DNA of 64,000 bases from a bacterium (GCA_965213685.1 CBDBZY010000044.1:172346-236345); one strand, 5' to 3'. Counted from the first letter of the stretch, positions 18,893 to 29,468 are shown. The notes: generated from the sequence alone by a model not told the origin. Program-made: numbers and translations.

Positions 18893-20855
18893 TCGCCTTT
18901 CTTAGTATATCCATGACGCGCTTCAGCGCTGCTGCCAATGGCGTATAATCACTGGCGAATTGTTCCGATATGCTCGCCATTCTGCGCCCCAACTGGCTCA
19001 GCGTTTCTTTGAGTGCGTCTTCGAGTCCCTTGTTTATCGCATTCATCCTCGCATCGGTGCTCTCCTTGGCGCTGGTGAAGGCTTCCTCTACGTGAGTATT
19101 TAGTCGTGCGGCTACATCGGAGACGATCGTTTTCTGTTGCTCTTCGGCGTCCTCCATGTATGCGCGCATGTGCTCGATGCTTTGCTTGGACGATTTGCTT
19201 ACTTGCTCCATGGCGGCGGTGGCTGTTTCGTCCAGTTTGGAGAATCCGGCGATCACCTTTTCGATGAATGCCCGTTGTTCGTCCAGCGTTTTCTGGTTTT
19301 CTTCCATGGACCGCCGCACGGCGCTGGCGAAACCCTCCGTGAGTTCGCCTACCTTGGCCCGTTGTTCGTCCAGGTTTTTCTGATTTGCCTCCATGGACCG
19401 CTGCACGGCCTCGGAAAGATTTTCTGACATTTGGAGGATCGCCTGCTCCGCGCTGGTGAAGGCTTCCTCTATGTGAGTTCTCAGTCGTGCGGCTACATCG
19501 GAGAAGATCTTTTTCTGTTGCTCTTCGGCGTCCTCCATGTATTTGCGCATGCGCTCGATGTTTTGCTCGGACGATTTGCTTACTTGCTGAATGGCGGCGG
19601 TGGCTGTTTCGTCCAGTTTGGAAAATCCGGCGATCACCGTCTCGATGAATTTCCGTTGTTCGTCCAGCGTTTTCTGGTTTTCTTCCATGGACCGCCGCAC
19701 GGCGCTGGCGAAACCCTCCGTGAGTTCGCCTACCTTGGCCTCCAGGGTGGGCAGAAGCTCCTTGGCTTTCTCCGACACGTCGGCGAACTGCTTCATGTAA
19801 TCCGCCAGGGATTTCCTTTGCTCCTCAATGGCGCTAAGAACGGGAGCGAGCTTCTCCGCCGACTCGGTGATGGCCCAGCTGTGCTGTGCTATCTCGGCGA
19901 TGGCGTCCCGCGTCTGCTCGGTGGCGGAGACCGTCCTCTCAAACTGCGCGATCATCGCTTGCGTTTGCTCCGCGTATTTGTCCTGCCAGACGACGAGCTT
20001 CTCGACCGCCTGGTTGAGCTGCCGGAAGTTGTCCCCGAACTGCTCGTTTATCTTCGCGTTGAAATCCCGAATCACCTCCTCCAGGGCTTTGATGAGCGCC
20101 TGGCTGTTCGCCTCCGCCATTTTTTCCGCGAAAGCCCGGAACTCCCCGATGAGTTCGTCCTGCTTGTCGGCGAAGGCGGTGCGGAATTTCTGTACCTGGG
20201 TGAGCATGGAGGCCTCCCCCTCGCCCGAGACCGAGGCGCGGATGCTCTCCAGGCTTTCGAGCGTCTGCCCGTGGTTCGTCTTGTCGGCTTCCGCCTGCGC
20301 TCTCAGAAGGCTCTCAAGGGCTTGAACGGCGGCCAGCGCCTCCTTGTGGCTCTCCTTTCCCGCTTCCGTCTGCGCGTGCAGCGCCTCCGTTTGTCTTCGG
20401 AGAAGTTCTGAAACGGTGGCGCCCTCCTCCACCGCTCTGCGCCGGAGGAAGATTCTGCGCCAGAGTGGGATGGCCGCGCGATCGATGATTCTCGTAAAAA
20501 GAGTCGCTACGATGCCGAATATGGAGGTGAGGAACGCTGTTTTCAGGCCGGCGAGAAGGGGCGGGACGCTTTTTTCTATGTCGTTGGAATCAAAATCGAA
20601 GAGGCCGATATAGATGCCGACGAATGTTCCCAGAATGCCGACGACGGTGGTGATGGACTGCGAGAATTTTCGGCAGTTCCGCGTCCATAGAAGAGCGAGG
20701 CAACAAGCTACAATCCCCAGGCAAAACCATTGCGTGATTTGATCCGGGGTGATTTGATCCGGGGAGGTTTCGGGGTTCAGGACAGGCTGCAAATACCGAT
20801 AGAGAGACGGATGCAGAGCGTGCAGGGGCGAAACAAGAGTGCGCAGGGAATCCAC
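18879..20855 (-). CDS. zorA: ZorA, MotA/TolQ/ExbB-like membrane protein with long helical tail
   Basis: Three TM segments with GILGTFVGI and GLKTAFLTSIFG, then about 500 aa of coiled-coil-like sequence. Overlaps zorB. Confidence 0.85.
   Translation of the reverse strand: MDSLRTLVSPLHALHPSLYRYLQPVLNPETSPDQITPDQITQWFCLGIVACCLALLWTRNCRKFSQSITTVVGILGTFVGIYIGLFDFDSNDIEKSVPPLLAGLKTAFLTSIFGIVATLFTRIIDRAAIPLWRRIFLRRRAVEEGATVSELLRRQTEALHAQTEAGKESHKEALAAVQALESLLRAQAEADKTNHGQTLESLESIRASVSGEGEASMLTQVQKFRTAFADKQDELIGEFRAFAEKMAEANSQALIKALEEVIRDFNAKINEQFGDNFRQLNQAVEKLVVWQDKYAEQTQAMIAQFERTVSATEQTRDAIAEIAQHSWAITESAEKLAPVLSAIEEQRKSLADYMKQFADVSEKAKELLPTLEAKVGELTEGFASAVRRSMEENQKTLDEQRKFIETVIAGFSKLDETATAAIQQVSKSSEQNIERMRKYMEDAEEQQKKIFSDVAARLRTHIEEAFTSAEQAILQMSENLSEAVQRSMEANQKNLDEQRAKVGELTEGFASAVRRSMEENQKTLDEQRAFIEKVIAGFSKLDETATAAMEQVSKSSKQSIEHMRAYMEDAEEQQKTIVSDVAARLNTHVEEAFTSAKESTDARMNAINKGLEDALKETLSQLGRRMASISEQFASDYTPLAAALKRVMDILRKANGDA
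19069..19740. repeat. 291-bp diverged direct repeat inside zorA (19069-19359 and 19450-19740)
   Basis: Two near-identical blocks offset by 381 bp (127 codons), each encoding AKVGELTEGFASAVRRSMEENQKTLDEQR...EEAFTSA. Confidence 0.95.
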
Positions 20856-20996
20856 AGGCGGCGGACCTTTTCCGGCTCAGCAAGTTTCAAAAGAAAATGT
20901 AATAAGAATGCGTTTCAATAACCCTCCAATATAGGACGCGAGAGGCGCCCTGTCAATTTTATCCGGCGCGCGCCCTTGTTCTCGGGCCTCCCCCCC

Positions 20997-21581
20997 CTAC
21001 CTCCTCGGGTGGTGGTCGATGCCCCGGAAGGCGTTGATGAAGCCCGTGATGCGCGCCTCGTCAAAGGCGTCGAGCGTGTCGATCTTGCCCCAGGCGGTGA
21101 GGGCGATTCTGTGCTTCATGGCGGGATAGGGGGCGAGGATGACGAACTTCGGGTAGCCGCGCACGATGTTTTCCAGCTTCCGGACGAGTTCGGGGCAGTC
21201 GGAGCAGTTGTACTGGACGAGCACTCCGCCGTCCTCGAGGTTGTGCACCTGGAATCCGCGGTCGATGGGCCGCCGGTGCACGCCCCAGCGGACGATGGTC
21301 GGGTAGTGCGGCCCCGAGGTGGGCGGGTCCGTGTTGTAGGTGATGGCCTCGCTCGTGCCGACCCGGATGTGGCGGTTGCCGAGGGAGGGAACGGAGCGGG
21401 CCTGGTTCTCTGTGGAGCCTGCGAAATAGAAATAATAGACGCCGGAGACGATGGCGACGATGACGCCCGCCCACACGAGCGAGGCTGCGCGCCTGTTCTT
21501 CGAGCCGACGGCCGCACGTGCGCGGCTGCGCCTGGTGCTGGTGCCCTTCGTTTTTTTCCTCTTTCCGGGTTTGCGGGACAA
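20997..21581 (-). CDS. DUF3105 family membrane-anchored protein
   Basis: Basic N-terminus, one TM helix, YNTDPPTSGPHY, VHNLEDGGVLVQY, IALTAWG. Confidence 0.8.
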   Translation of the reverse strand: MSRKPGKRKKTKGTSTRRSRARAAVGSKNRRAASLVWAGVIVAIVSGVYYFYFAGSTENQARSVPSLGNRHIRVGTSEAITYNTDPPTSGPHYPTIVRWGVHRRPIDRGFQVHNLEDGGVLVQYNCSDCPELVRKLENIVRGYPKFVILAPYPAMKHRIALTAWGKIDTLDAFDEARITGFINAFRGIDHHPRR

Positions 21582-21843
21582 GACGGGAATCCTCCGGGTT
21601 TTGCGTATGGCGGCGCGCCCCCAAAATACGCAAACGGGAGGGCGGGAACAACCGAGCGGGGCTGGGCCTAGAGACGAAATCGGACGGGGATGATGAGTTG
21701 CGCGTCATGGCGGTTTTCCTATACATTGATGGCGAACAAGGGGTCGTTCGATTGACGCATCCCGGGAGCGTGCGCCGGCGCTCTCATGGTTCCGGGGCCA
21801 CCTGTCGGGGAAAATACAAGGCTATGGGGAGGCCAGGCCGAGA

Positions 21844-22182
21844 ATGAAAATCAAGATGGAGCGAGCAGACACAACGCTGGTTGTCGAGGTGGACGGCCGC
21901 ATCGACGGCGTCACTGCCCCAGAGTTCGAGGACACCATCAAGACCGCCACCAGCGAGGGCGACCGCGCCGTGATCGTGGGTTTCGAGGGCGTCTCGTATA
22001 TCAGCAGCGCAGGCCTTCGCGCCGTCCTGCTGATCGCCAAGGACCTTTCGAGGCGGGACGCGAAGTTCGCGCTCTACTCGCTCGAGAGCCTGGTTCGCGA
22101 GGTTTTCGAGATATCGGGATTCGACCACATCATCCAGATACATTCCTCGAAGGCGGAGGCCATCGCCGCGACCGGCGATTGA
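21844..22182 (+). CDS. STAS-domain anti-sigma factor antagonist (RsbV/SpoIIAA-like)
   Basis: GRIDG..APEFE, YISSAGLR phosphoserine motif, VREVFEISGF. Confidence 0.9.
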   Translation: MKIKMERADTTLVVEVDGRIDGVTAPEFEDTIKTATSEGDRAVIVGFEGVSYISSAGLRAVLLIAKDLSRRDAKFALYSLESLVREVFEISGFDHIIQIHSSKAEAIAATGD

Positions 22183-22307
22183 CCGGCGCCCGGCAAAGGG
22201 GCACTCCCCCCGCCCGGCGCCCTCTGCCCTCTCGGGTGAAGGCGGCCGCTGTGCGCGCCATCCTCCCCCTCCTCCGGAGTTCTTTCCGGAAATTGACGGC
22301 GCGCTCT

Positions 22308-24473
22308 TCAGGGTTGGCTGGGAATTTCCACGATCATTTCGGTGAATGCGTCCGCCTCGGATTCGACGCGGATCCTCCCGCCGTGCTGGCGGACGATGTC
22401 ATTCGAGAGGGCGAGGCCGAGGCCGGTGCCCTGGTCGGTAGGCTTCGTCGTGAAGAACGGGTTGAATATCTTGTCGACGACGTCGGGCGGTATCCCGTGC
22501 CCGTTGTCCCGGATGCGGATTTCGACGTGCTCCGGCGTGCGCCGGGTGACGAGGCGCAAGGTCGGTTCGTACCGCGTCGCTTCCTCTCCCGCACCGGGTG
22601 CCTCGCCCGTCTCGACGTCGCGCCGCTTCGCGGCGGTGGCGTGGCAGGCGTTGCTCACCATGTTCAGGAAGACGCGCCCCAAATCCTGCGGAACGGCTTC
22701 GTATTCCCCCATGTCGGGGTCAAACTCCTCCTGTATCGAGAGGCGGAAGTCCGGGTCGCTCGCCCGCGCGCTGTGGTAGGCGAGCCGCGCGTGCTGGCTG
22801 AGCAGGGCGTTGATGTCGGTCGGTTGCCGCTCTCCCGTTCCCCTGCCCATCATGAGCATGCTCTGGACGATGTTGTTGGCCCGCTCGCCGTGTTCGCGGA
22901 TCCGTTGGAGGTTGTCGGTGAGGTCGCCGCCGATTTCGCGGATCAGCTCGCCCGGGTCGCCTTCCTGCCCGTTGCCGCTCTCGGGGAGAATTTTCTGGAC
23001 CTCCTCCCGGAGCTCTTCCATCAACTCCTCGGAGACTTCCGAGAAGTTCTTGATGAAGTTCAGCGGGTTGCGTATCTCGTGGGCGACGCCCGCCGTCAGC
23101 TCGCCGAGTGCCGCCAGCTTCTCGCTCATGACGATCTGATCCTGCGCCTTCTGGAGGTCGGCCAGCGCGCTCTCGAGCTGGTCGTTCTTGCCGCTGAGCT
23201 CCTCGGCCAGCTTTTCCACCAGGTTCAGGCGTTGCACCTCCAGAGCGTGGCGGCGGAAGATTTCCAGGGCCGTGGCCATCTCCGCCACCTCGCCGCGTCC
23301 GATGATATCGACCTTCGCCTCGAGGTCGCCGTCGGCCATGCGGCGCATCCGGTCCGAGAGCCGCCCGAGCCGGCGCGAGAGCATCCGGCCGACGAACAGC
23401 CAGGCGATCAGCACCGCCCCGACGAAGCTGATGACGCTGAGGGCGAGCAGGAGGTTGCGCCCGGTGTGAATCGCCTCGCCCGAGGCGCGGGTGGCTTCCC
23501 GCGCACTCTCCCGTGCCGCGCTCACGAGGCCCTCGGTCTGGGCCAGGAGCTTCGCGGCGAGGTCGCGATTGTGCGCGAGCAGCGCCCGCTGCTGCTGGTC
23601 GATCTCCAGCTCCCGCTTGCGGAGGTTGAAGCCCCCGTCCCGCCCGATGCTCAGCTGAATCATCCGGGTGAAGTGGGGCGCGAGCTTCGCGCGGATCGGG
23701 GAGGCGCCCAAGGCGGCCAGGCGCCGCTCTATGCCGCGGACCGTGGCCTCAAAGCGCTCCCGCAGGGGTTCGAGCAGGGCGGCGTCCGAGACGTTGAAGG
23801 CGGTCGCCAGAAGCTGCGTTCCGATGGCGGCGTCCGACTGCAGCTCGGCCAGGTAGCGATAGAGGTTGAATTCCTCTTCCGAGAAGTGCCGCGCCCTGGG
23901 CGCGGGCGCCTCGCCGAGGTTGCGATAGCCCGTCATCGCGAAAAACAGCTGGTCGTCGATTGCGGGCACCAGGATGTTGGCCAGCTCGCTGCGCACCCAG
24001 GAGAGTTCGAGGTGGAGCGTATCCCGCAGGTCGATGAGCTCAAAGCGATGCAGCACGGAGGCCTTGATGGCCTCGATGTTGGCGATCAGCGCGTCGCCGC
24101 GCGCCCGGATGCGCTGGAAACGCCCCTCTTTCCCGCCTTGCCGCGTCAGCGTTGCCAGCTCCGTCTCGAACGCCGTGCGATCCTTGGCGACCTCGTCGGC
24201 TATCCGGGCGAGGTCCTCCGGCTCCTCGACCGTCGTCAGGCGGGGGGCGGCGGTCACGAGGGCGCCGCTTTTTTGGGCGACCCCGAAGGCGGCCACCAGC
24301 GCCGGGACGCTGGCCTCGTTCACGCGGCTCTGGGCGTCGCCCACCCGGTCGAACGATACCCAGCCCACCAGGCTCGCGACGATGGTGAGAATGACGGCGC
24401 CGAAGATGCCCAGGTAGAGCTGCGTCGATATTTTGAAGCGGCTGTCGAGAACTTTCTGCAGCAGCGGGGTCAT
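22308..24473 (-). CDS. Membrane sensor histidine kinase (TorS-like helical periplasmic domain, HAMP, HisKA, HATPase)
   Basis: Two TM helices, LTAGVAHEIRNPLNF H-box, N-box NMVSNA, DNGHG, FFTTK..GTGLGL. Confidence 0.9.
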   Translation of the reverse strand: MTPLLQKVLDSRFKISTQLYLGIFGAVILTIVASLVGWVSFDRVGDAQSRVNEASVPALVAAFGVAQKSGALVTAAPRLTTVEEPEDLARIADEVAKDRTAFETELATLTRQGGKEGRFQRIRARGDALIANIEAIKASVLHRFELIDLRDTLHLELSWVRSELANILVPAIDDQLFFAMTGYRNLGEAPAPRARHFSEEEFNLYRYLAELQSDAAIGTQLLATAFNVSDAALLEPLRERFEATVRGIERRLAALGASPIRAKLAPHFTRMIQLSIGRDGGFNLRKRELEIDQQQRALLAHNRDLAAKLLAQTEGLVSAARESAREATRASGEAIHTGRNLLLALSVISFVGAVLIAWLFVGRMLSRRLGRLSDRMRRMADGDLEAKVDIIGRGEVAEMATALEIFRRHALEVQRLNLVEKLAEELSGKNDQLESALADLQKAQDQIVMSEKLAALGELTAGVAHEIRNPLNFIKNFSEVSEELMEELREEVQKILPESGNGQEGDPGELIREIGGDLTDNLQRIREHGERANNIVQSMLMMGRGTGERQPTDINALLSQHARLAYHSARASDPDFRLSIQEEFDPDMGEYEAVPQDLGRVFLNMVSNACHATAAKRRDVETGEAPGAGEEATRYEPTLRLVTRRTPEHVEIRIRDNGHGIPPDVVDKIFNPFFTTKPTDQGTGLGLALSNDIVRQHGGRIRVESEADAFTEMIVEIPSQP

Positions 24474-25654
24474 GGTTGCGTCTGATGCTGCAGCGCCTGG
24501 ACGGGATGGTAGCCGCCATCCTTGCCGATGACGGTGAGAAACACGGCGTCCGAACCCTGGTTGTCGTTCTTCCCGTAGCGGAGCCGGAACCCGTCGAGGT
24601 CGACGACGGCGGCGCGGCGCAGGCCACCGAGAAAACAGGCGCGGTCGGGTTTCGGGCCGCAGAGTTCGAGGGCGAAGATGGCCAGGCGGCCCGCCAGATA
24701 GCCCTCGAAGGAGACGAAGCCGGGCGCCGCGTCGGGCGCATGGGCCTTCAGCGCCTGGCGGTAGGCCGCCGCGACGGGGAGGTCGTTCGTCGCCGGGAAG
24801 GGAACCACCTGCGTGACGAAGACCCCGTGGCCCGCCAGGCCGAGCTCGCGCACCAACGCGTTGCCGCCCACGAAGGAGATCGTCATGAAGATCGGCTTGA
24901 AGTTCGTGTGCCGCGCCCAGGCGATCAGGGCCGCGACCGGTTTGTAGGCGCCGATGAGTATCACCGCTCCGGGGTTCGCGCGGCGCAAGTCGAGCAGGGC
25001 CGTCTTGACCGCCGTCGTGTTTCGCGGATAGACCCCGATGGCCGCCATCTCCAGGTCGCGCCGCTTGAGGGCGCGGCGAACGCCGCGGTAACCCGCCCGC
25101 CCGAAGGAATCGTCCTGGTACAGCACGGCGATGCGGTAGATGCCCAGGTCCTGGATCAGGTGCTCGACCATCTCCTCGGTCTCCTGAAAGTAGGAGGCGC
25201 GCAGGTTGATGACGTTTTTCCACTTCGGGTCGCGCAGGAAGGCGGCGCCGGTGAAGGGGGCGATATAGGGAACGCCCGCCGCCGCCGCGACCGGGGTGGC
25301 GGAGCGCGAGGTGGGCGTGCCGACCGCGCCGATGAGCGCGAAGACCTTCTCCTCCTCGATCAGCCTGCGGGTGTTGGCGATGGCGGCTTCCGGCTCGTAG
25401 GCGTCATCGAGGACGGAAAGCGCGAGCCGGCGTCCGTGAACGCCGCCGCGCTCGTTCACCGCGCGAAAGGCGGCCTCGATGCCGACCCGCATGCTCTCGC
25501 CCAGCTCCCGGGCGGGGCCGCTCAGGGCGGCGGACTGGCCGAACAGGATGCGCTGGGGAGAAACGCCGGGCGCGGCCGCCGCCGGGGACGCGGGAAGCGC
25601 CGCGCCCGCGCCGAGCAGAAGCGCCCAGAGGGTGCGGCGGAGCCGACGCCTCAT
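24470..25654 (-). CDS. Periplasmic binding protein, branched-chain amino acid (LivK-like) family
   Basis: Signal peptide, GQSAALSGP, GGVHGRRL..LDDAYEP, ALIGAVGTPT. Confidence 0.85.
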   Translation of the reverse strand: MRRRLRRTLWALLLGAGAALPASPAAAAPGVSPQRILFGQSAALSGPARELGESMRVGIEAAFRAVNERGGVHGRRLALSVLDDAYEPEAAIANTRRLIEEEKVFALIGAVGTPTSRSATPVAAAAGVPYIAPFTGAAFLRDPKWKNVINLRASYFQETEEMVEHLIQDLGIYRIAVLYQDDSFGRAGYRGVRRALKRRDLEMAAIGVYPRNTTAVKTALLDLRRANPGAVILIGAYKPVAALIAWARHTNFKPIFMTISFVGGNALVRELGLAGHGVFVTQVVPFPATNDLPVAAAYRQALKAHAPDAAPGFVSFEGYLAGRLAIFALELCGPKPDRACFLGGLRRAAVVDLDGFRLRYGKNDNQGSDAVFLTVIGKDGGYHPVQALQHQTQP

Positions 25655-26073
25655 CCATTTCTCCGCTTGATGAGCGTCAGGTGGTTCCTGTCCGCCTCCC
25701 GCCGATAGCGCACCTCGTCCATCATCGTCCGCACCAGGTGGAGGCCGAGCCCGCCCACGGGGCGCTCCTCGACGCTGGAGTGCAGATCCGGCGGGGGCGC
25801 TTCGGTCAGCGGGTCGAACGGACGGCCGTCGTCTATTATCTCGATGGTCACCGACTCCACGTCCGAGGTGAGCTCGATTTCCACCTCGTGGCCCTCGCCG
25901 TTGTTGTATCCGTGGTTCACGATGTTGAGCCCCAACTCCTCCAGCACGATCTTGAGGCGGAATTCCAGGTCGGACGGCCAGTTTTCCGCCTGGGCGAATT
26001 CCGTGACGGCGACGTTCACCCGCTCCAGCTCGCCCGCGTCCGCGCCCATGCGCAAGGAGAGTTTCGCGCTCAC
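25651..26073 (-). CDS. Anti-sigma factor Ser/Thr kinase (RsbW-like)
   Basis: EELGLNIVNHGY, IIDDGRPFDP, GGLGLHLVR. Confidence 0.9.
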   Translation of the reverse strand: MSAKLSLRMGADAGELERVNVAVTEFAQAENWPSDLEFRLKIVLEELGLNIVNHGYNNGEGHEVEIELTSDVESVTIEIIDDGRPFDPLTEAPPPDLHSSVEERPVGGLGLHLVRTMMDEVRYRREADRNHLTLIKRRNG

Positions 26074-27275
26074 CCGTTCGCTCCCGTGCGGAAAAGGGTC
26101 AGGCAGGTGATGTCGTCGAACTGGGGGGCGTCGCCCGAGAAGGCCCGCACCGCCCGAAAGACCGCCGTGTTGGCCTCGCGCGCGTCGGTCGGCGGCGAAT
26201 CGGCGAACACCTGGCGCAGGCGGTCGAGCCCGAACTGCTCCTGCCGGTTGTTCTCGGCTTCCGTCACGCCGTCGGTATAGAGGATGATGGCGTCGCCGGG
26301 GGCGAGGGTGACGGCGTTCCTCTTGAACGTGAAATCGGGCGCCACTCCGAGTGCCACCCCGGGCGTCCGGGGAAGGAGGGTCGAGGTGCCGTCGGCGTGG
26401 ACGATGAGCGGGGTGTTGTGCCCGCCGTTGGAGTAGACGAGCTCTCCGCTCGCCGGGTCGTAGACCGCGAAAAAGATGGTGACGAACATGGCGGCCTCGT
26501 TGTTCTCCTGCAGGAGGCGGTTGACCTCGCGCAGCACCTCGCCGGGCTGGAGGAGGCGGTTGATCTCGCTCAGCACCTCGCCGGGACTGGAGCGGGCGAT
26601 GGCCACGCTGTTGAGAAGCGTGCGGCTGGACATCATGAACAGGGCGGCGGGCACCCCCTTGCCGGATACGTCGGCGACGGTGATGCCGATGCGGCCGCCG
26701 GAGAGGTGCATCACGTCGAAGAAGTCGCCGCCCACGTCGCGGGCGGGCTCCATGCTCGCGAACACCTGGTATTCGGGGCTTTCGGGGAATTTTTTCGGCA
26801 GAATCGACTGCTGCATCCTGCTGGCGAGGGCGAGGTCGCTTCTCAGGGCGACGAGCTTGTCGCGCGCCGACAGTGCGTCGCGCAGCATGGCGAGGTGGCT
26901 CAGGGTCCGTTCTATGGTGATTCGCAGATCCTCGAAGTCGATCGGCTTGGTGACGAAGTCGAAGGCGCCTCTGTTCATCGCCGTGCGGATGTTCTTCATG
27001 TCGCCATACGCCGAGACGATGACGCAGCGGACGTTCGGGTCGACCGAGGGGATTTGCTTGAGCAGCGTGAGGCCGTCCATCACCGGCATGTTGATGTCCG
27101 TGAGGACCATGTCGATCGCCTCTTCCTGGCTCAGGCGCTCCAGCGCCTCGATCCCGTTGCGGGCGAAGACGAACGCGTAGCGGCCTTTGCGAATCTCGCG
27201 GCGCATGCGCTGCAGCACGAGGTGTTCAAGGTCGGGTTCGTCATCCACCACGAGAATCTTGCACGGATCCTGCAT
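26070..27275 (-). CDS. Response regulator with PP2C/SpoIIE phosphatase output (RsbU-like)
   Basis: Receiver domain (VVDDE, DINMP, FVTKP), then VGGDFFD, ADVSGKG, YTDGVTEA, DDIT. Confidence 0.9.
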   Translation of the reverse strand: MQDPCKILVVDDEPDLEHLVLQRMRREIRKGRYAFVFARNGIEALERLSQEEAIDMVLTDINMPVMDGLTLLKQIPSVDPNVRCVIVSAYGDMKNIRTAMNRGAFDFVTKPIDFEDLRITIERTLSHLAMLRDALSARDKLVALRSDLALASRMQQSILPKKFPESPEYQVFASMEPARDVGGDFFDVMHLSGGRIGITVADVSGKGVPAALFMMSSRTLLNSVAIARSSPGEVLSEINRLLQPGEVLREVNRLLQENNEAAMFVTIFFAVYDPASGELVYSNGGHNTPLIVHADGTSTLLPRTPGVALGVAPDFTFKRNAVTLAPGDAIILYTDGVTEAENNRQEQFGLDRLRQVFADSPPTDAREANTAVFRAVRAFSGDAPQFDDITCLTLFRTGANG

Positions 27276-27365
27276 CCTCGCCTCCCCGCTTCCTGGTTTT
27301 CCCCCGGCAGATGCGCGCCCGTTTCCAGGTGATTTCCCATTAAATGTACAGAAAAATTTCAGGTC

Positions 27366-28487
27366 TCACAACTCATTGGTTTGCTCCTGGCTCCTCCCGC
27401 CTCCCGCGCCGTTGGCGCCGGTTTCCGCAAGCCCTACCCGGGGGGCATCACCAGGGCGGCGCGTCCCGTGATGCGCCCCTCCCGCAGGCGTTCATGCGCG
27501 CGGTTCGCCTCTTCGAGAGCGTAGGTTTGGCTCACCAGGGGCCAGATGTCGCCCCGCGCCACGAGCCGCAGGGCGTCTATCACCTCCTGCCTGGTGGCGT
27601 AGCGGCTGCCCATGATCTGCTGCTCCTCGCGGAGCAGCTCCCGGGGGGGCGAAGGGAAACGGCTCTATCCGGCTCGCGCCCATGGCGAGGAAGCGCCCCC
27701 CCTTGCCCAGGCCGCGCAGGCCGCCCTCCACCCCCTCGGCGGTGCAGACGAAGTCAACCACGACGTCCACGCCCGCTCCACCGGTCAGGCCCCGGAGCGC
27801 CTCGGCCAGGTTCTCCCGGGAGGCGTCCACCGTCTCGTGGGCGCCCATGTCGCGGCACCTGCCCAGCTTCTCGGGCGCGACGTCGACGGCGATGACGCGC
27901 GCCCCCGCCCAGCGCGCCATCATCACCATGTGGATGCCCACCCCGCCGCCGGCGCCCACCACGGCCACGTTCTCCATCGGCTGGATTTGCGCGCGCCGGA
28001 CCGCCTTGTAGGGCGTGGCCACGGCGTCGCAGACGACGGCCGCCTCGGCGGGGTGCGCCCTGTAGTCCAGCCCCTCCGGCAGGCGGATGAAATTCCGCGC
28101 GGGCAGCCTGACGTACTCGGCATAGCCGCCGTCCATCTGGCGGCCGACCTGGCCCGCCAGATTCTCGCACAGGGTCTCGCGGTTGACGCGGCACCACCGG
28201 CAGTGCCCGCAAGTGAAATAGTAATACGCCGTCACGGGGTCGCCCTCCCGCAGCCCGTCCACGCCCGCGCCGACCTGTGCGATTTCCCCGGCGATTTCGT
28301 GTCCGATCACGAGCGGAAAGTTCCCGCCCATCCGCCCTGCGCGCGTGTGCTCCACCGTCAGGCCCGCACCGCAGGCCAGCACCCGCGCCACCGCCTCGCC
28401 CGGCCCCGCGACGGGAAGGGGCCTCTCCTCCAGGATGAACGGCGCGCCTGGTGCCGGCAATACCATCGCTTTCATCATCGGCTCCAA
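27366..28487 (-). CDS. Zinc-binding alcohol dehydrogenase, one +1 frameshift
   Basis: GHEIAG, CGHCRWC...C, GAGGGVG. Removing one G from the G7 run at 27643-27649 restores ELLREEQQIMGSRY...GRITGRAALV to TGA at 27366. Confidence 0.8.
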
Positions 28488-28613
28488 GGTCGGAATGGAT
28501 TTGATTTTGATGAGGGTTTCCCCTGTTTCATGGGGCCCTCCCCGCTGGTGGGAGGGTAGCCCGGGGAGGCGAAAACGGGGGAGTAGCGGGGGAGGGTGCG
28601 CCCCGTTCCCGCA

Positions 28614-29468
28614 TCAGCGCGCCGGCGTGCGGGACGGGGAGGCTTTCTTCTCGCCCGCCGCGCACCAGTAGGGGGCGGAATCCGACACGCGGACGTTCTC
28701 CAGCCCGCTTTCCTCGAGCATCTCGAGGAGCCGCTTTTTGGTGAACCTCTTCTCCAGTCTGGTGGAAAACCTGTCGAGTGCGTCGGTTCGCATCGTGTAG
28801 AAGCCCGTGTTTCTGTAATAGCTCAATGGAACGTGCTCGACGCTGAAGCCCCGGCGGCTCAGGATTCCCGAGAACCGGGCCAGCGGCAGGTAGACGAATG
28901 CCGCGATGAGGTCGCAGATGAATTTTTTCCAGCCGAAGGGAAGGCGCGAGATGATGTTTCTGAGGAGGTCGGAACACCGCCAGATCGCGCGAAACCAGAG
29001 GGGCCGATTGTCGAAAGCGTAATACAGGTACACGAGAAACGGGGCGCCGGGCTTGAGCAGCTCGACGCATTTTTTCAGGCCCTGGATCGGGCTGGGAACG
29101 TGGTGCAGCACGCCGATCGAATACCCGAAATCCATGGAGCCCCTCTCCAGCGGAACCGAATCGACGCTGGCGTGTATGTAGGCGATGTTCGCACAGGCGG
29201 CGCAGTGTTTTCGGGCCACCGCCAGTGCCTTTTCGCTGGCGTCGATGCAATACAGCCTGCCCACGCGCGGGGAGACCCATTTGGCCCACCTGCCGCTGCC
29301 GCATCCCAGATCAAAGCCGACCGAGCGAGCGTCCGTCCTGTGCCACGGAAAGACCGAAAAATAATTCTCAAAGCGTTGTCGGGCTTCTTGCGGGGACAGG
29401 GCGGACTGGTCGAAGCGCGTCCATTCCTCCCCGAAATCCGCCACCGTGGCGTCGTCCTGGTTTTTCAT
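28614..29468 (-). CDS. Class I SAM-dependent methyltransferase, probably glycan-associated
   Basis: FGEEW..F, DLGCGSGRW motif I, GVLHH.P, LLKPG. Confidence 0.85.
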   Translation of the reverse strand: MKNQDDATVADFGEEWTRFDQSALSPQEARQRFENYFSVFPWHRTDARSVGFDLGCGSGRWAKWVSPRVGRLYCIDASEKALAVARKHCAACANIAYIHASVDSVPLERGSMDFGYSIGVLHHVPSPIQGLKKCVELLKPGAPFLVYLYYAFDNRPLWFRAIWRCSDLLRNIISRLPFGWKKFICDLIAAFVYLPLARFSGILSRRGFSVEHVPLSYYRNTGFYTMRTDALDRFSTRLEKRFTKKRLLEMLEESGLENVRVSDSAPYWCAAGEKKASPSRTPAR

